The notes below the pieces were generated by a model, which was not told the DNA's origin, did no database searches, and saw only the letters and a program-made list of their open reading frames with translations. A stretch of 24,762 nucleotides of DNA from a virus, in the IMG/VR virus record IMGVR_UViG_3300028920_000048; one strand, given 5' to 3'. The position numbers were made by a program, and so were the translations under genes. Position 1 is the first letter of the stretch. Each line of letters opens with the position of its first letter. Positions 5,863-15,145 of this stretch are shown here, in pieces.

Positions 5863-6480
5863 CTACTCCTTACGCAAAAAAACAACCACGTCCGGCACGC
5901 TCCTGTACACTTCGCACACTTGGAAACCAGCATCCAAAAACAACTTAACCATCGCCCAGTCCACATGAACTTGCCTGGACGCGACGGAAACGCATCTCGT
6001 CACTAGACAAACGACTCCATTAGACTTCAAAGCATCCCAAGCGAACTTAGCCGTCTTCGCAAGTTGGTCCAGATATCCGTCGAAATCTGCCAACAGCGAA
6101 ATCTCACCATCCTCGAAGGACTCAGGAGCCGTTGTGAAGTACGGAGGATGGAAAACAACTCCATTGATGGGCTCTCCCGGACCTTGCTCAAGCGAGTTTG
6201 CCTTCACAACGCCATTGTGCTCCGCTGCAATATCATACGCAATAACACGACCACCTATCATGCGACAAGCGAAAATTGTTGGCGAAAGACGTGTATGACC
6301 AGCAAAAGGTTCCCAAACGACAAAATCTCCCAGCGGCTTCAAATACGCTTCAGCAAACAGTTTGACGATCTGCGGATTAAACTCGCCAACATTTAGATCG
6401 TAGCCGCCAGAATCAGGCACATCACCGGCGTCGTGCTTCATCTTTGTGAACCAAAATGGAACATCAAAGATGTCGACCAT
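5863..6480 (-). CDS. Putative amino (N6-A/N4-C) DNA methyltransferase
   Basis: Motif I-like VWEPFAG followed by motif IV-like FHPPY. Start placed at ATG 6480 (TAATG overlap, GGAGG SD) rather than 6534. Confidence 0.65.
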   Translation of the reverse strand: MVDIFDVPFWFTKMKHDAGDVPDSGGYDLNVGEFNPQIVKLFAEAYLKPLGDFVVWEPFAGHTRLSPTIFACRMIGGRVIAYDIAAEHNGVVKANSLEQGPGEPINGVVFHPPYFTTAPESFEDGEISLLADFDGYLDQLAKTAKFAWDALKSNGVVCLVTRCVSVASRQVHVDWAMVKLFLDAGFQVCEVYRSVPDVVVFLRKE

Positions 6481-7376
6481 TACACAAGCCTCCACAGGTC
6501 TTTCAGAAGCGAAACAAAGCTCTTCTCGATGCAAAGCTGTCTCAAAGCGTCCTCGTCCCCGGCTTCCCCGACAACACCCGGCAATTCCGGCACAATGTCC
6601 ATCTGCTTCAACGACCGTGCCAGATCAACCCGGTCCAGATGCTCCAAAAGCGCATCTTCGATCTTCCCACGTTTTTGCTTCGCCCTGACCGCCTCAATCA
6701 CAGCCTCAACAGAGCCATGCTGCTGGATATACTTGCAAGCAGTTTTCACGCCCCACTTCGGAACACCGTGGATGTTATCGCCACTGTCGCCTTCCAAAGC
6801 CCCGACATCAACCCACAGCCTCGGCTCAAAACCATACTCAGTCTCGAAATCATCCGCAGTGAATCTGGTCTTCTTGTCCGCTGCCGGATTGTATATCGTA
6901 ACGTTCGGTCGCAGGAGTTGATAAAAGTCCTTGTCCGACGTAATGACAACGACCGGTCGCAGAACGGCGTACTGGTGGACATAGGTGAAAATAATATCGT
7001 CAGCTTCAAACCCCTTCTTGTGGGACTGTACGACGTTTGTAAGGGGCAAGAAATCGTCTCGAAGCGTATCCATCTGCTCAAACATCAACTCGAACTCTGG
7101 CGGAGCCTCACGATCCTTCCTGTTCTGCTTGTAAGCCGAAGGAATGATACCAGCTTCGACACCAGCTTCTGACTCTCTTTTACGACGCTCAGAACCCCAG
7201 TCCCACGCCACAACGAAGTCTTCTTGCTTGTAGTCCTTCCTAAGAGCTATCAAACTCCTCAAAAAGCCGTACAACAAACCAACGTTCATCGCCTTGTGAC
7301 GAAGCTGCCTGTGAGTCCAAAACACCCTATAACTCAGATTGTTGCCGTCGATCAGAACCAAACCCTTCTCAGACAT
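6480..7376 (-). CDS. 5'-3' exonuclease / flap endonuclease (Pol I N-terminal-like)
   Basis: LIDGNN, YKQNR, FEADD, TSDKDFYQL, GDSGDNIHGVPKWGVKTA (H3TH); start at ATG 7376 with GGAGG SD. Confidence 0.92.
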   Translation of the reverse strand: MSEKGLVLIDGNNLSYRVFWTHRQLRHKAMNVGLLYGFLRSLIALRKDYKQEDFVVAWDWGSERRKRESEAGVEAGIIPSAYKQNRKDREAPPEFELMFEQMDTLRDDFLPLTNVVQSHKKGFEADDIIFTYVHQYAVLRPVVVITSDKDFYQLLRPNVTIYNPAADKKTRFTADDFETEYGFEPRLWVDVGALEGDSGDNIHGVPKWGVKTACKYIQQHGSVEAVIEAVRAKQKRGKIEDALLEHLDRVDLARSLKQMDIVPELPGVVGEAGDEDALRQLCIEKSFVSLLKDLWRLV

Positions 7377-9819
7377 CACTGACCTCCACATCGCAAGATT
7401 TTTCATCCTTTTCCGGTTTCTTCTTTACAGGATGCTTTGCTTCACCCAATCCAGAGTTGGTCTTCTTTTTCTTTTTACCACTGGACATCTTCACAGGCTT
7501 ACTCTGACCATCAAATTTCTTCAAAAACATCTGCTCGATTTCAGCCATAAACTTTGGGTCTTCCTTCATGCTCTCTATAGCATTGAGCCGTCCCTGCCCA
7601 AGCGAAGTCCCATCGTGCTTCTTGAACCACGAACCGGCTTTCCGAACAAATTTGAGATTCAACGCTTCGATGAACAACTCCGTTGGCCTGTCAAGACCAG
7701 ACCCAAATTTTAATATCACCTCACCCTTACGAAACGGTGGAGCAACTTTATTTTTCATACCACGAACTTGACACTTAATGCCAATAACCTTGGATTGGTC
7801 GCCATCATTATCCTTTTCTGAGCCTATACGTTTGATTTCCAACCTGATAGAAGAATAAAAACCCAAAGCACGACCACCCGGTGTCGTTGTCTTGTCGCCA
7901 AACATTACGCCGATCTTCTCCCGTATCTGATTCGTAAAAATCAGGGTCGAGTTTCTTCTCCCGGCATCACGTGTGAGCTGGCGCATTGCCTTGCTCATAA
8001 GCCTCGCCTGAGCACCCATAGAACCACCACCGCTCCCGAGACTGATCTCGTCGTCTTCCTCCCTCGGCACCAAAGCCGCAACAGAATCACAGACTACAAG
8101 ACCACAACCCTCTCGGACAAGTTGCTTGACGTTGTTCAACGCCTGTTCACCGCTTTCAGGCTGAACATGCAGGACAGGCTCAGGATCAAGCCCAAGCAAC
8201 TTGGCATAGTTCTCGTCGAAAGCAAACTCAGTGTCCACAAACGCTATCGGCTCATCCGAGTACTTCTTCTGAAACTCAGCCATAGCATGATAGCAGAGCG
8301 TCGTGTTGTGACTGATAAGCCCATTGGACCAAAAAGTATGATCAGGCTTTGTGAAATCAAAAGTCGGTACTGGATCAGTTGGTTTTTCCACCTTCTTCAC
8401 CACATCAGTACGCCAACCAGCACCATAAAACCTCCTCATGTAAAGGAGTATGGCCGACGCCGCCGGTCCAAATAGATAATTCTCAGAAACAGCGATCAAC
8501 TTTTGAAACTTCTGAGAGGTAAGCTCACATTTCCCAGCAGCGCAATCTCCAAGCAAACAACATAACGAGCGATCAGAATTTGCACAATCCGAAAGCAAAA
8601 CAGCCGCCATCCATGCAGAACTTTGCATATTGCTATGCGTCGTTTCATGAGATATCTCCGGCACCACCTTGTTCGGGAAAAAAGTCGATGGATAAACCAT
8701 AGCCTGCCACGCTGAAGCGTCAGCACCATCAAACGTCAAACGCCAATATATTTCATCATCAACGGGCTTAGGACACAACGCCCCAAATGCACCCAAATTC
8801 AAAGCCATAAGCTGAACTTGACAAAGCAATTCTCTCGATTTACTGGAAATCTCAATCCTTCGTCTATCTCCGCTCGAATCAACAGAGCCTTCGCACCCGT
8901 ATATGGTCCTTAAAAAAGCTGTTTGAACAAACAAAGGAGCCGTCCTGACGCAACGTGGGACAACCTTGCCGTCGGCCAACGATTGCGCCACACCATACCT
9001 ACCACAGAACTCATCAAAGAGATCAACACTATTGCAATGCAGTTCTATGGTCGTCCTATCCGGTTGATGGTATTCCAAAACATTATCGAAGCCAAACTTT
9101 AGTTTCATCAACCGACGAAACTCTGTCAACAAGCCAGCATTGGTATTACTAAAACCAATCCTGCCACGATGACCGATATAGCCCTCCGCTATGACAAGCC
9201 CAAGAAGCACGGCATCATCTTCATCACAGCCATTCTCTGGCGGGTCAAGCATCATCCCACCTTGAACGACAACACGATCACCACAAACCACATCCGAACA
9301 GTATTTCCACCCCACAAAACCTCGATCATCCATAACACGAATTGGATGACGATAAGTACCACCAAGCTTCAAACCTCGTGACGTTTCAATACGCACGACC
9401 TTACGTTTATTGTTCCACCAAAAATGGGTTGTATCCTCTAAAAATCCATCTTCAGAGACCAACGGATACGAATGTTCTACCACACGTGAAGTGCACGAAG
9501 CCAAATAACCCTCGCCACTGAAGACCTCATGAACGGTTTCAAGACCACGCCTGCCGTAAAGAAACGTATCAGCTTCAACACACTTCCCACCAGACTCGGC
9601 ACCGTAAATCTCGACGATTCTACCACGAGGCCATCCCCCTCCAAGCACCCAATCAAGCACAAGAGAACCGGAATGGAACCGTTCAATGTTCTTCGTCTCG
9701 CACTCCCCGAGCAACGAAATGGCGTCGTTGTGTTCCCCACCCCATTCGCTCTTGTTGATGTCCTCGCAAATCTTCTTCAAGCGTTCACGCATTTGGTCAT
9801 CCAATGCCCACCACCTCAA
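7369..9819 (-). CDS. recA: RecA/UvsX-like recombinase containing an intein
   Basis: GGGWPRGRIVEIYGAESGGK|intein|TT, DSVAALVP, QARLMSKAMR, NQIREKIGVMFG, KNKVAPPF. The true start may be a few codons downstream. Confidence 0.95.
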   Translation of the reverse strand: MRWWALDDQMRERLKKICEDINKSEWGGEHNDAISLLGECETKNIERFHSGSLVLDWVLGGGWPRGRIVEIYGAESGGKCVEADTFLYGRRGLETVHEVFSGEGYLASCTSRVVEHSYPLVSEDGFLEDTTHFWWNNKRKVVRIETSRGLKLGGTYRHPIRVMDDRGFVGWKYCSDVVCGDRVVVQGGMMLDPPENGCDEDDAVLLGLVIAEGYIGHRGRIGFSNTNAGLLTEFRRLMKLKFGFDNVLEYHQPDRTTIELHCNSVDLFDEFCGRYGVAQSLADGKVVPRCVRTAPLFVQTAFLRTIYGCEGSVDSSGDRRRIEISSKSRELLCQVQLMALNLGAFGALCPKPVDDEIYWRLTFDGADASAWQAMVYPSTFFPNKVVPEISHETTHSNMQSSAWMAAVLLSDCANSDRSLCCLLGDCAAGKCELTSQKFQKLIAVSENYLFGPAASAILLYMRRFYGAGWRTDVVKKVEKPTDPVPTFDFTKPDHTFWSNGLISHNTTLCYHAMAEFQKKYSDEPIAFVDTEFAFDENYAKLLGLDPEPVLHVQPESGEQALNNVKQLVREGCGLVVCDSVAALVPREEDDEISLGSGGGSMGAQARLMSKAMRQLTRDAGRRNSTLIFTNQIREKIGVMFGDKTTTPGGRALGFYSSIRLEIKRIGSEKDNDGDQSKVIGIKCQVRGMKNKVAPPFRKGEVILKFGSGLDRPTELFIEALNLKFVRKAGSWFKKHDGTSLGQGRLNAIESMKEDPKFMAEIEQMFLKKFDGQSKPVKMSSGKKKKKTNSGLGEAKHPVKKKPEKDEKSCDVEVSDV
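8305..9582 (-). mobile_element. Intein with LAGLIDADG endonuclease in the RecA P-loop (426 aa)
   Basis: Begins CVEADT, ends ISHN before Thr; block B TYRHPI; LLGLVIAEG and FLRTIYGCEG motifs. Confidence 0.93.
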
Positions 9820-9874
9820 AAAGAAAAGGTCAGTGGACCGCCAATTTCAAACCAACCATCGCAGCCCACTGACC
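9818..9874 (-). terminator. Intrinsic terminator after the ssDNA-binding protein gene
   Basis: GGUCAGUGGGCUGC / GCGGUCCACUGACC stem followed by UUUUCUUUUU. Confidence 0.75.
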
Positions 9875-9884
9875 ATTGTCATAA

Positions 9885-11144
9885 TCACTTCTTGCCCAGC
9901 TTCCTGTTTTTCCTTGTCAACTTCTTACACTCCTCAGCACGACCACAGTTCTTGCACGACTCATCATCTTCAAGATACTTACCCATACAACCGTACTCAG
10001 TATCCTCATAGTCTTCATCGTCATCGTCGTCTTCATCGTCTTCATCTTCATCCTGCGAACGACGAGACTTTGCCTTTTTCGACTTCTTGGAAGCAATCTT
10101 TTCTTCGTCTTCGTCTTCGGCTTCCTCTTCCGTCTCGTCTTCGTCTTCGGCTTCCTCTTCCGTCTCGTCTTCGTCTTCGGCTTCCTCTTCCGTCTCGTCT
10201 TCGTCTTCGGCTTCGTCTTCGGCTTCGTCTTCGTCTTCGTCTTCGTCTTCGTCTCCCTCGCCCTTGTCGTCCTTGGCAATACTGGCCGTTTTGACATCGG
10301 CGGGTGACTCTTCATCATCGGTAAGGTCCAGAAGCTCTCGCAGGTCATCGTGCATGTTATCAACCAAAGCCTGAACCTCAACCATCCGACCGCAGATACG
10401 CTTGACATCATGCAGTTCGTACTTTAGCTCTTCCTCCGTGAGCGGAGTCACTTTAACCTTCATATCGGCACCTTTGCCAGCTAAGACCAACTTCGTGCCA
10501 TACGTAGTCCGCCCGCCCTTCTGACTTTTGGTGACACAGAGGTCCACACCGCGCTCAGGATCAGTAATATCAAAGCCGCAATCGGCGAAAATCTTCTCGA
10601 TGTCATCGTAAGCCATCATGCCAAAAGTAGCAATCTTGTAGCCATCAACACGCTCTTCCGAGCCGTCTTCCTTTACCTCCGTAATGTGACAATCATCCCG
10701 GTCAATCACGTTCCACTTCACTGCCTCTCGTGGCCGTGTGACCTGACGAAGATTTTCAAAAAAGTCCTTCTCCTTGTCACTCAGATCAGCACTGCGATTC
10801 TGAAGAAAGTGATTGGCAAGCCTATTCAGGCGACAAATAGGACACGTCTTCTCCTCGGCAGGCTCTTCCTTTTCCAAGTCCCAATCCAGACAATTGATCA
10901 AAGCTGGCAACCTGTCGTCGCCAGAAAAGGCAGATTTGGGACACAGACCTCTGTTGCCACGGCGCTTGTCCGGCCTGATATAGTGAGTTCTTACAGGAAT
11001 AAATTCACCAACCAGACGCACATGATTATCACCGTCTTCCCAATCCAAGAAGAGGTTAGTAAAGCGCCGAACATCACCACCGCCACCAGTGTACCTCGTC
11101 CTTGTCTTCCCGAACTTTTTGACCTTGTCAAGCACACTACCCAT
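9885..11144 (-). CDS. gp32-like single-stranded DNA-binding protein with long acidic tail and C-terminal 4-Cys motif
   Basis: GDNHVRLV..THY, CPIC, NVIDR, DITDPERGVDL..K..GRTTY pattern; acidic tail; located between uvsY-like and recA genes. Confidence 0.75.
   Translation of the reverse strand: MGSVLDKVKKFGKTRTRYTGGGGDVRRFTNLFLDWEDGDNHVRLVGEFIPVRTHYIRPDKRRGNRGLCPKSAFSGDDRLPALINCLDWDLEKEEPAEEKTCPICRLNRLANHFLQNRSADLSDKEKDFFENLRQVTRPREAVKWNVIDRDDCHITEVKEDGSEERVDGYKIATFGMMAYDDIEKIFADCGFDITDPERGVDLCVTKSQKGGRTTYGTKLVLAGKGADMKVKVTPLTEEELKYELHDVKRICGRMVEVQALVDNMHDDLRELLDLTDDEESPADVKTASIAKDDKGEGDEDEDEDEDEAEDEAEDEDETEEEAEDEDETEEEAEDEDETEEEAEDEDEEKIASKKSKKAKSRRSQDEDEDDEDDDDDEDYEDTEYGCMGKYLEDDESCKNCGRAEECKKLTRKNRKLGKK
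10105..10254. repeat. Coding tandem repeat: 30-bp unit x ~3.6 plus TCGTCT hexamers
   Basis: Exact copies of tcgtcttcgtcttcggcttcctcttccgtc, encoding EDEDETEEEA. Confidence 0.95.
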
Positions 11145-11173
11145 TACACTTCTCTCCTTTCAAACCCTGAAAG

Positions 11174-11851
11174 CTATTCGTCGGAACCGCCGCTCACACG
11201 CTTGCGATACTCCAACAAACGATCATTGCTCTTTATCTTACTCTTCAATGCCTTCATATTTCTCATCCTATCCCCGGTCTGGCTCTTTTTTTTTCGGGAC
11301 TCCGACGCACCCCTCATCTGAGGCTCCTGACGAGTAGTAGAACCATCCTCTGTTTCATAACTGCTCTTGGTCATGTATTCCTCGTTTCGGACCTTGACGT
11401 GTTCCTGAATCGAGAAGCCCTTCTGACGCCAACCATCAAAATAACACTCAAGCGTATCAAATTGTTCCTGTAAAGCCCAAAGCTGCGCATCCCATTCCTC
11501 AACTTCCTCCTTGTTGTCCGCCTCCACCCGAGCCTCGATCTCTTGAATGGTAGGCTTTTTCGAGCCAGATTCCTTCTCGGCGTCCTTCGCCTCAAGATAC
11601 TTTTGCCTGCGCCACCTATCATGACGCCTTTGATGAGCCTGAAGATCACGCTTGGCACACCGTAACAAATAACCAAAATAAGCAATCGCAGCCGGTTGCA
11701 TGGCAATATGCTCATCAAGATCACCTTGCAACAAATCCAAAAACCGTCGATCAGCAGTCTCCAGAGGTATATCCATCAACTTCGCCTTCGATAAGCCCCG
11801 ACACGCTCTGTCAATATTATCCAACACCTTACGCTTCCTGTCAGTTTTCAC
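11174..11851 (-). CDS. UvsY-like recombination mediator (helical)
   Basis: LDEHIAMQPAAIAYFG...KPTIQEIEARV coiled-coil pattern, position upstream of SSB and recA; likely GTG start at 11851 with GGAG SD. Confidence 0.55.
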   Translation of the reverse strand: MKTDRKRKVLDNIDRACRGLSKAKLMDIPLETADRRFLDLLQGDLDEHIAMQPAAIAYFGYLLRCAKRDLQAHQRRHDRWRRQKYLEAKDAEKESGSKKPTIQEIEARVEADNKEEVEEWDAQLWALQEQFDTLECYFDGWRQKGFSIQEHVKVRNEEYMTKSSYETEDGSTTRQEPQMRGASESRKKKSQTGDRMRNMKALKSKIKSNDRLLEYRKRVSGGSDE

Positions 11852-12518
11852 TAGGTATCTCCGATTCAACGGACTTTACGATCTGACGCAACTCAGCAAA
11901 CGCCATCTTACCCTTACGGTACTTACTGTTCGCATCAAGCAACCTTTCGTTCAACGACGACAAATCATCATTAACGCCCGTCTGGCGCACCAACATACGA
12001 AGCGTCTCCAAAAGTGCCCTGGCGTCTGCTTCCTGCTTCTGCTCATCCCTGCGAGCCTTCAAAACATCCTTCATGTTAAACAGGAACTTTTCGACGAAAA
12101 CATCGTTACAAGCCAACGTAATCTGAGGTGGACAAAACTTCTTGTTGTTCTCCAAAAAATCCTCAAAGAACCACTCAAGGTACTCATCAACGGAACAATC
12201 CTCGGCAAACAATCTCTTGACAAGCTTGGTAATCTTTTTAATCTCTTCCGGTCTGATTCCCCTGTAATACTCGCTGTCGGTCAACTGAAGATATCTGCGC
12301 TTGAAGATCACAATGTACTGCTTCGTTGGGCTCCCGTTCTTAGCTCCAACAGGATCACGAACCGACACCAACCGATCCAGTGCGTCAAGCAACGCACTGA
12401 TATAGCCCATTAGCTCACAATTTTGCGCCAGATCGTAAAGATCAACCATCTCCAAAAACGTACGACGAAAACGGAGAATGTTGTCCTTCGGAACGGGATG
12501 TCTCTTTCTCACAAACAC
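11841..12518 (-). CDS. Hypothetical protein
   Basis: 225-aa ORF overlapping both neighbours in the operon. Confidence 0.75.
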   Translation of the reverse strand: MFVRKRHPVPKDNILRFRRTFLEMVDLYDLAQNCELMGYISALLDALDRLVSVRDPVGAKNGSPTKQYIVIFKRRYLQLTDSEYYRGIRPEEIKKITKLVKRLFAEDCSVDEYLEWFFEDFLENNKKFCPPQITLACNDVFVEKFLFNMKDVLKARRDEQKQEADARALLETLRMLVRQTGVNDDLSSLNERLLDANSKYRKGKMAFAELRQIVKSVESEIPSEN

Positions 12519-13540
12519 CCCCTGCCAATAGCATCGCTTTCATTGGCTTTCAATATCCCCAAAATACGATTTTTCATTTCTTCGGACTCACAATCCTCAG
12601 CCATCCTCTGAAGATCACCAACCGACCTCACCCCCATACTATACAGTTCACAAGCCATCGTTTTGCCAACACCATCAAGCCGACACAACGAAGCTGCAAA
12701 AATTGGACACGAGTATGCAACAGCCGTCTCCAAATCACTCAATTCAGACTCCAACTCCCAGTGCCGGTCATGCGACAAACCAAATAAGACATTGCTCAGC
12801 CGTCCAAAATCCGAACGCCTTGCATCAATCTCTGCCTTGGACCAGCCACAATTCGGACCACCAAGCATTCTCCACCACAGCAAGCACGAGTCAAGACAGC
12901 CAGAAAGACAGGATAGCCCTCTATCTTCAAGTTCGGATATGAAGTAATCAAACAGTTCCTTTTTCGACCAACGAGCCGGAGCATAACAATTCCTACCGCA
13001 AGGCACGCTCCCGATAGCCCACGCCAGTGCAATATTGTCATCCATGTAATCGAAAGCGTTCAATCTCTCGAAATTCTCAGTCCACATACTGACATCCTCG
13101 GGATCGTAGTAATACCGAGCTGCCAGACGACCAAGCGAAGTGCAAACAACCTTGTCATCATGCTTTTCAACAGCCCTGACAAACAAGAGCCACTTCATCA
13201 CCTCTTCACCGTCACAATCAGCGCCCTGTCTAGCCGCAAGAGACCTCGAAAACCACTCACAAATCTCCTCTTCCGACGTAACCAAACCCATTTCGATCTC
13301 GGCTAACACCGCAAATGCCACCGCCTTGGTCTCGCCCAAACTAGATTTGACCAACAATTTGGCATTTTCCATACCCACCGAAACACGATCATACTCAGCA
13401 TCAGAATCACAAACCACACGCACAACCACGTCGGAAGCATCAGCCTTTCTGCCTGCACGACCAGCCATTTGACGCAAATCGGGCAAAGACACACGATGAC
13501 CACCTCGTTTCGTTCCTGCAATGACCACAACATCAACCAT
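12509..13540 (-). CDS. Hel308/Ski2-like SF2 helicase, C-terminal part
   Basis: Motif VI QMAGRAGR, winged-helix-like WFSRSLA / TSLGRLAARYY, HhH LDGVGKTMACELYSMG; ATG 13540 overlaps the UDG stop. Confidence 0.85.
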   Translation of the reverse strand: MVDVVVIAGTKRGGHRVSLPDLRQMAGRAGRKADASDVVVRVVCDSDAEYDRVSVGMENAKLLVKSSLGETKAVAFAVLAEIEMGLVTSEEEICEWFSRSLAARQGADCDGEEVMKWLLFVRAVEKHDDKVVCTSLGRLAARYYYDPEDVSMWTENFERLNAFDYMDDNIALAWAIGSVPCGRNCYAPARWSKKELFDYFISELEDRGLSCLSGCLDSCLLWWRMLGGPNCGWSKAEIDARRSDFGRLSNVLFGLSHDRHWELESELSDLETAVAYSCPIFAASLCRLDGVGKTMACELYSMGVRSVGDLQRMAEDCESEEMKNRILGILKANESDAIGRGCL

Positions 13541-14114
13541 AGTCGATAAACTGGCGAATCTGTGCAACGCCAGCCTCGAAGCCATCAGCACGCTCTGGAT
13601 CAGCCATGTTCAGAGGACTCGGATGGTAAAGAGGTAGAACAGGACAATGAAGACTCACGGAAAACATCAACGCCCCTTGTTTGCCAGTAAGCCCATTCAT
13701 GCCCATAATACGCTTAAAAGCAAAAACCCCAAGCGTAACAATAAGCCGTGGCTGCATGATGTCGATTTCCTCGTCGAGATAATCAGCGCAGTTCTTTATC
13801 TCTTCTAACACCGGACTCCTGTTAAAAGGCGTATGACAGTGGACCGTATTGGTAATATAAAACTCCTCACGACCCACTGCCAGTATCCTCTGCACGACAG
13901 CATCGAAGTGTTTACCGGACGGACCAACAAACGGCTCACCAAGTTTAACTTCAACCGCGCCAGGATTCTGCCCGATCACCATAATCTTGGCTCTCAAACA
14001 CATGTTCGAGAACACATTCCCACAACTGCCATTGATCTTCTTTCCGCCAATGGAGCACCTCTGGCAAGACAAACACTTCCGACGCAATGCTTGCAATCGC
14101 TCGCCCTTGGTCAT
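13533..14114 (-). CDS. Uracil-DNA glycosylase, family 4 (Fe-S)
   Basis: CLSCQRC, IGQNPG..E, PFVGPSG, TNTVHC, YHPS. Confidence 0.92.
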   Translation of the reverse strand: MTKGERLQALRRKCLSCQRCSIGGKKINGSCGNVFSNMCLRAKIMVIGQNPGAVEVKLGEPFVGPSGKHFDAVVQRILAVGREEFYITNTVHCHTPFNRSPVLEEIKNCADYLDEEIDIMQPRLIVTLGVFAFKRIMGMNGLTGKQGALMFSVSLHCPVLPLYHPSPLNMADPERADGFEAGVAQIRQFIDYG

Positions 14115-15133
14115 CTTCCTCCCTTCGCATAGTGATCCGGGTCCGCCGACAGCTTCTGTCTAACCTCATGAAATATCGGCTGCAACGCCACACTGTCCAT
14201 TGCTCTGTCCTGCCACGACGATGACCTCATTTTCTCAATCTCGATAAGAAAACTCTCAGTAAAGCAACTACCGTAGATGTGCAACGAATCGCTTATATCC
14301 ACATAACGACCACAGAAAACATCGCACTCAAGCCTTTCAGACAACAAACCAGCAATCTTCTTCTGAAGACTAACCATAGCCCATGCGTTCATAAACCATG
14401 CCCGATAAAGGTCACGAGAACGCCAATGGGTATTCATCTCCAACACATAGCCTGTCCTGAACTCACTTTCACCACTCTCGACTTCTCTTTGCCGCTGCTC
14501 ACAACGACTCTGAATCTGACAGTACTGACAAGCTTTATCAGTCGCATTTTGAAAACCAAAACATGTCCCATCATGCCTCATGGTAGGAACCAATCTCATC
14601 CAAATCCGCTGCAAACACGGCGGGTCGTCAGTATTTGGATCACAAGTCGGCATCCATGTTATCGCTTGAGCACGCCTTGAATGCGGAGCAGTACTTAACT
14701 TGTCAACCAAATATTCGATTTGATCTAAGGGAAACAAAATAGGACACAATTCGACCCATTTCCCATCATCTCGAATGTGCATGGGCTGATAAGCTAAAAG
14801 CCGTTGATGATAAGTGTAGCTCCACTTGCCTTCCTCTGGCTTAATCCAGTGATCGTGAATGCCTTCCACGATCTCCTGCCGGTATACCTCAAGCTCCTCT
14901 ATGCCACAAGGGATGTTCTTGTGGATAGACGGCTCTATCAAAGGATCATCCACAACAATCATCACCGTTGCATCACGACTCGGTTCATCGGTTACTCTGT
15001 CATACTCGGTCTCCATCCGAGCCCCTTCATGCCACACCCTCAACACTGCCTTCTCCCATGCCTCCGGCAAAGCCTTCGCCCTTACCATGAAGCCCGGTAT
15101 CTCTTCGCTAACAACCGGCTTTCTATCAACCAT
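14111..15133 (-). CDS. thyA: Thymidylate synthase-family protein (ThyA-like) with inserted 4-Cys motif
   Basis: YTYHQRL, SRRAQAITW, PPCL, RSRDLYRAWFMN (Asn at the dUMP-specificity position), SLHIY. Confidence 0.85.
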   Translation of the reverse strand: MVDRKPVVSEEIPGFMVRAKALPEAWEKAVLRVWHEGARMETEYDRVTDEPSRDATVMIVVDDPLIEPSIHKNIPCGIEELEVYRQEIVEGIHDHWIKPEEGKWSYTYHQRLLAYQPMHIRDDGKWVELCPILFPLDQIEYLVDKLSTAPHSRRAQAITWMPTCDPNTDDPPCLQRIWMRLVPTMRHDGTCFGFQNATDKACQYCQIQSRCEQRQREVESGESEFRTGYVLEMNTHWRSRDLYRAWFMNAWAMVSLQKKIAGLLSERLECDVFCGRYVDISDSLHIYGSCFTESFLIEIEKMRSSSWQDRAMDSVALQPIFHEVRQKLSADPDHYAKGGR

Positions 15134-15145
15134 ATTGACATTTCC

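Noticed and set aside
13541-15145. Self-splicing intron or split intein rejoining the helicase halves
   Set aside because: The interval is fully occupied by thyA and UDG, leaving no room for an intron core, and no intein terminal motifs are present.
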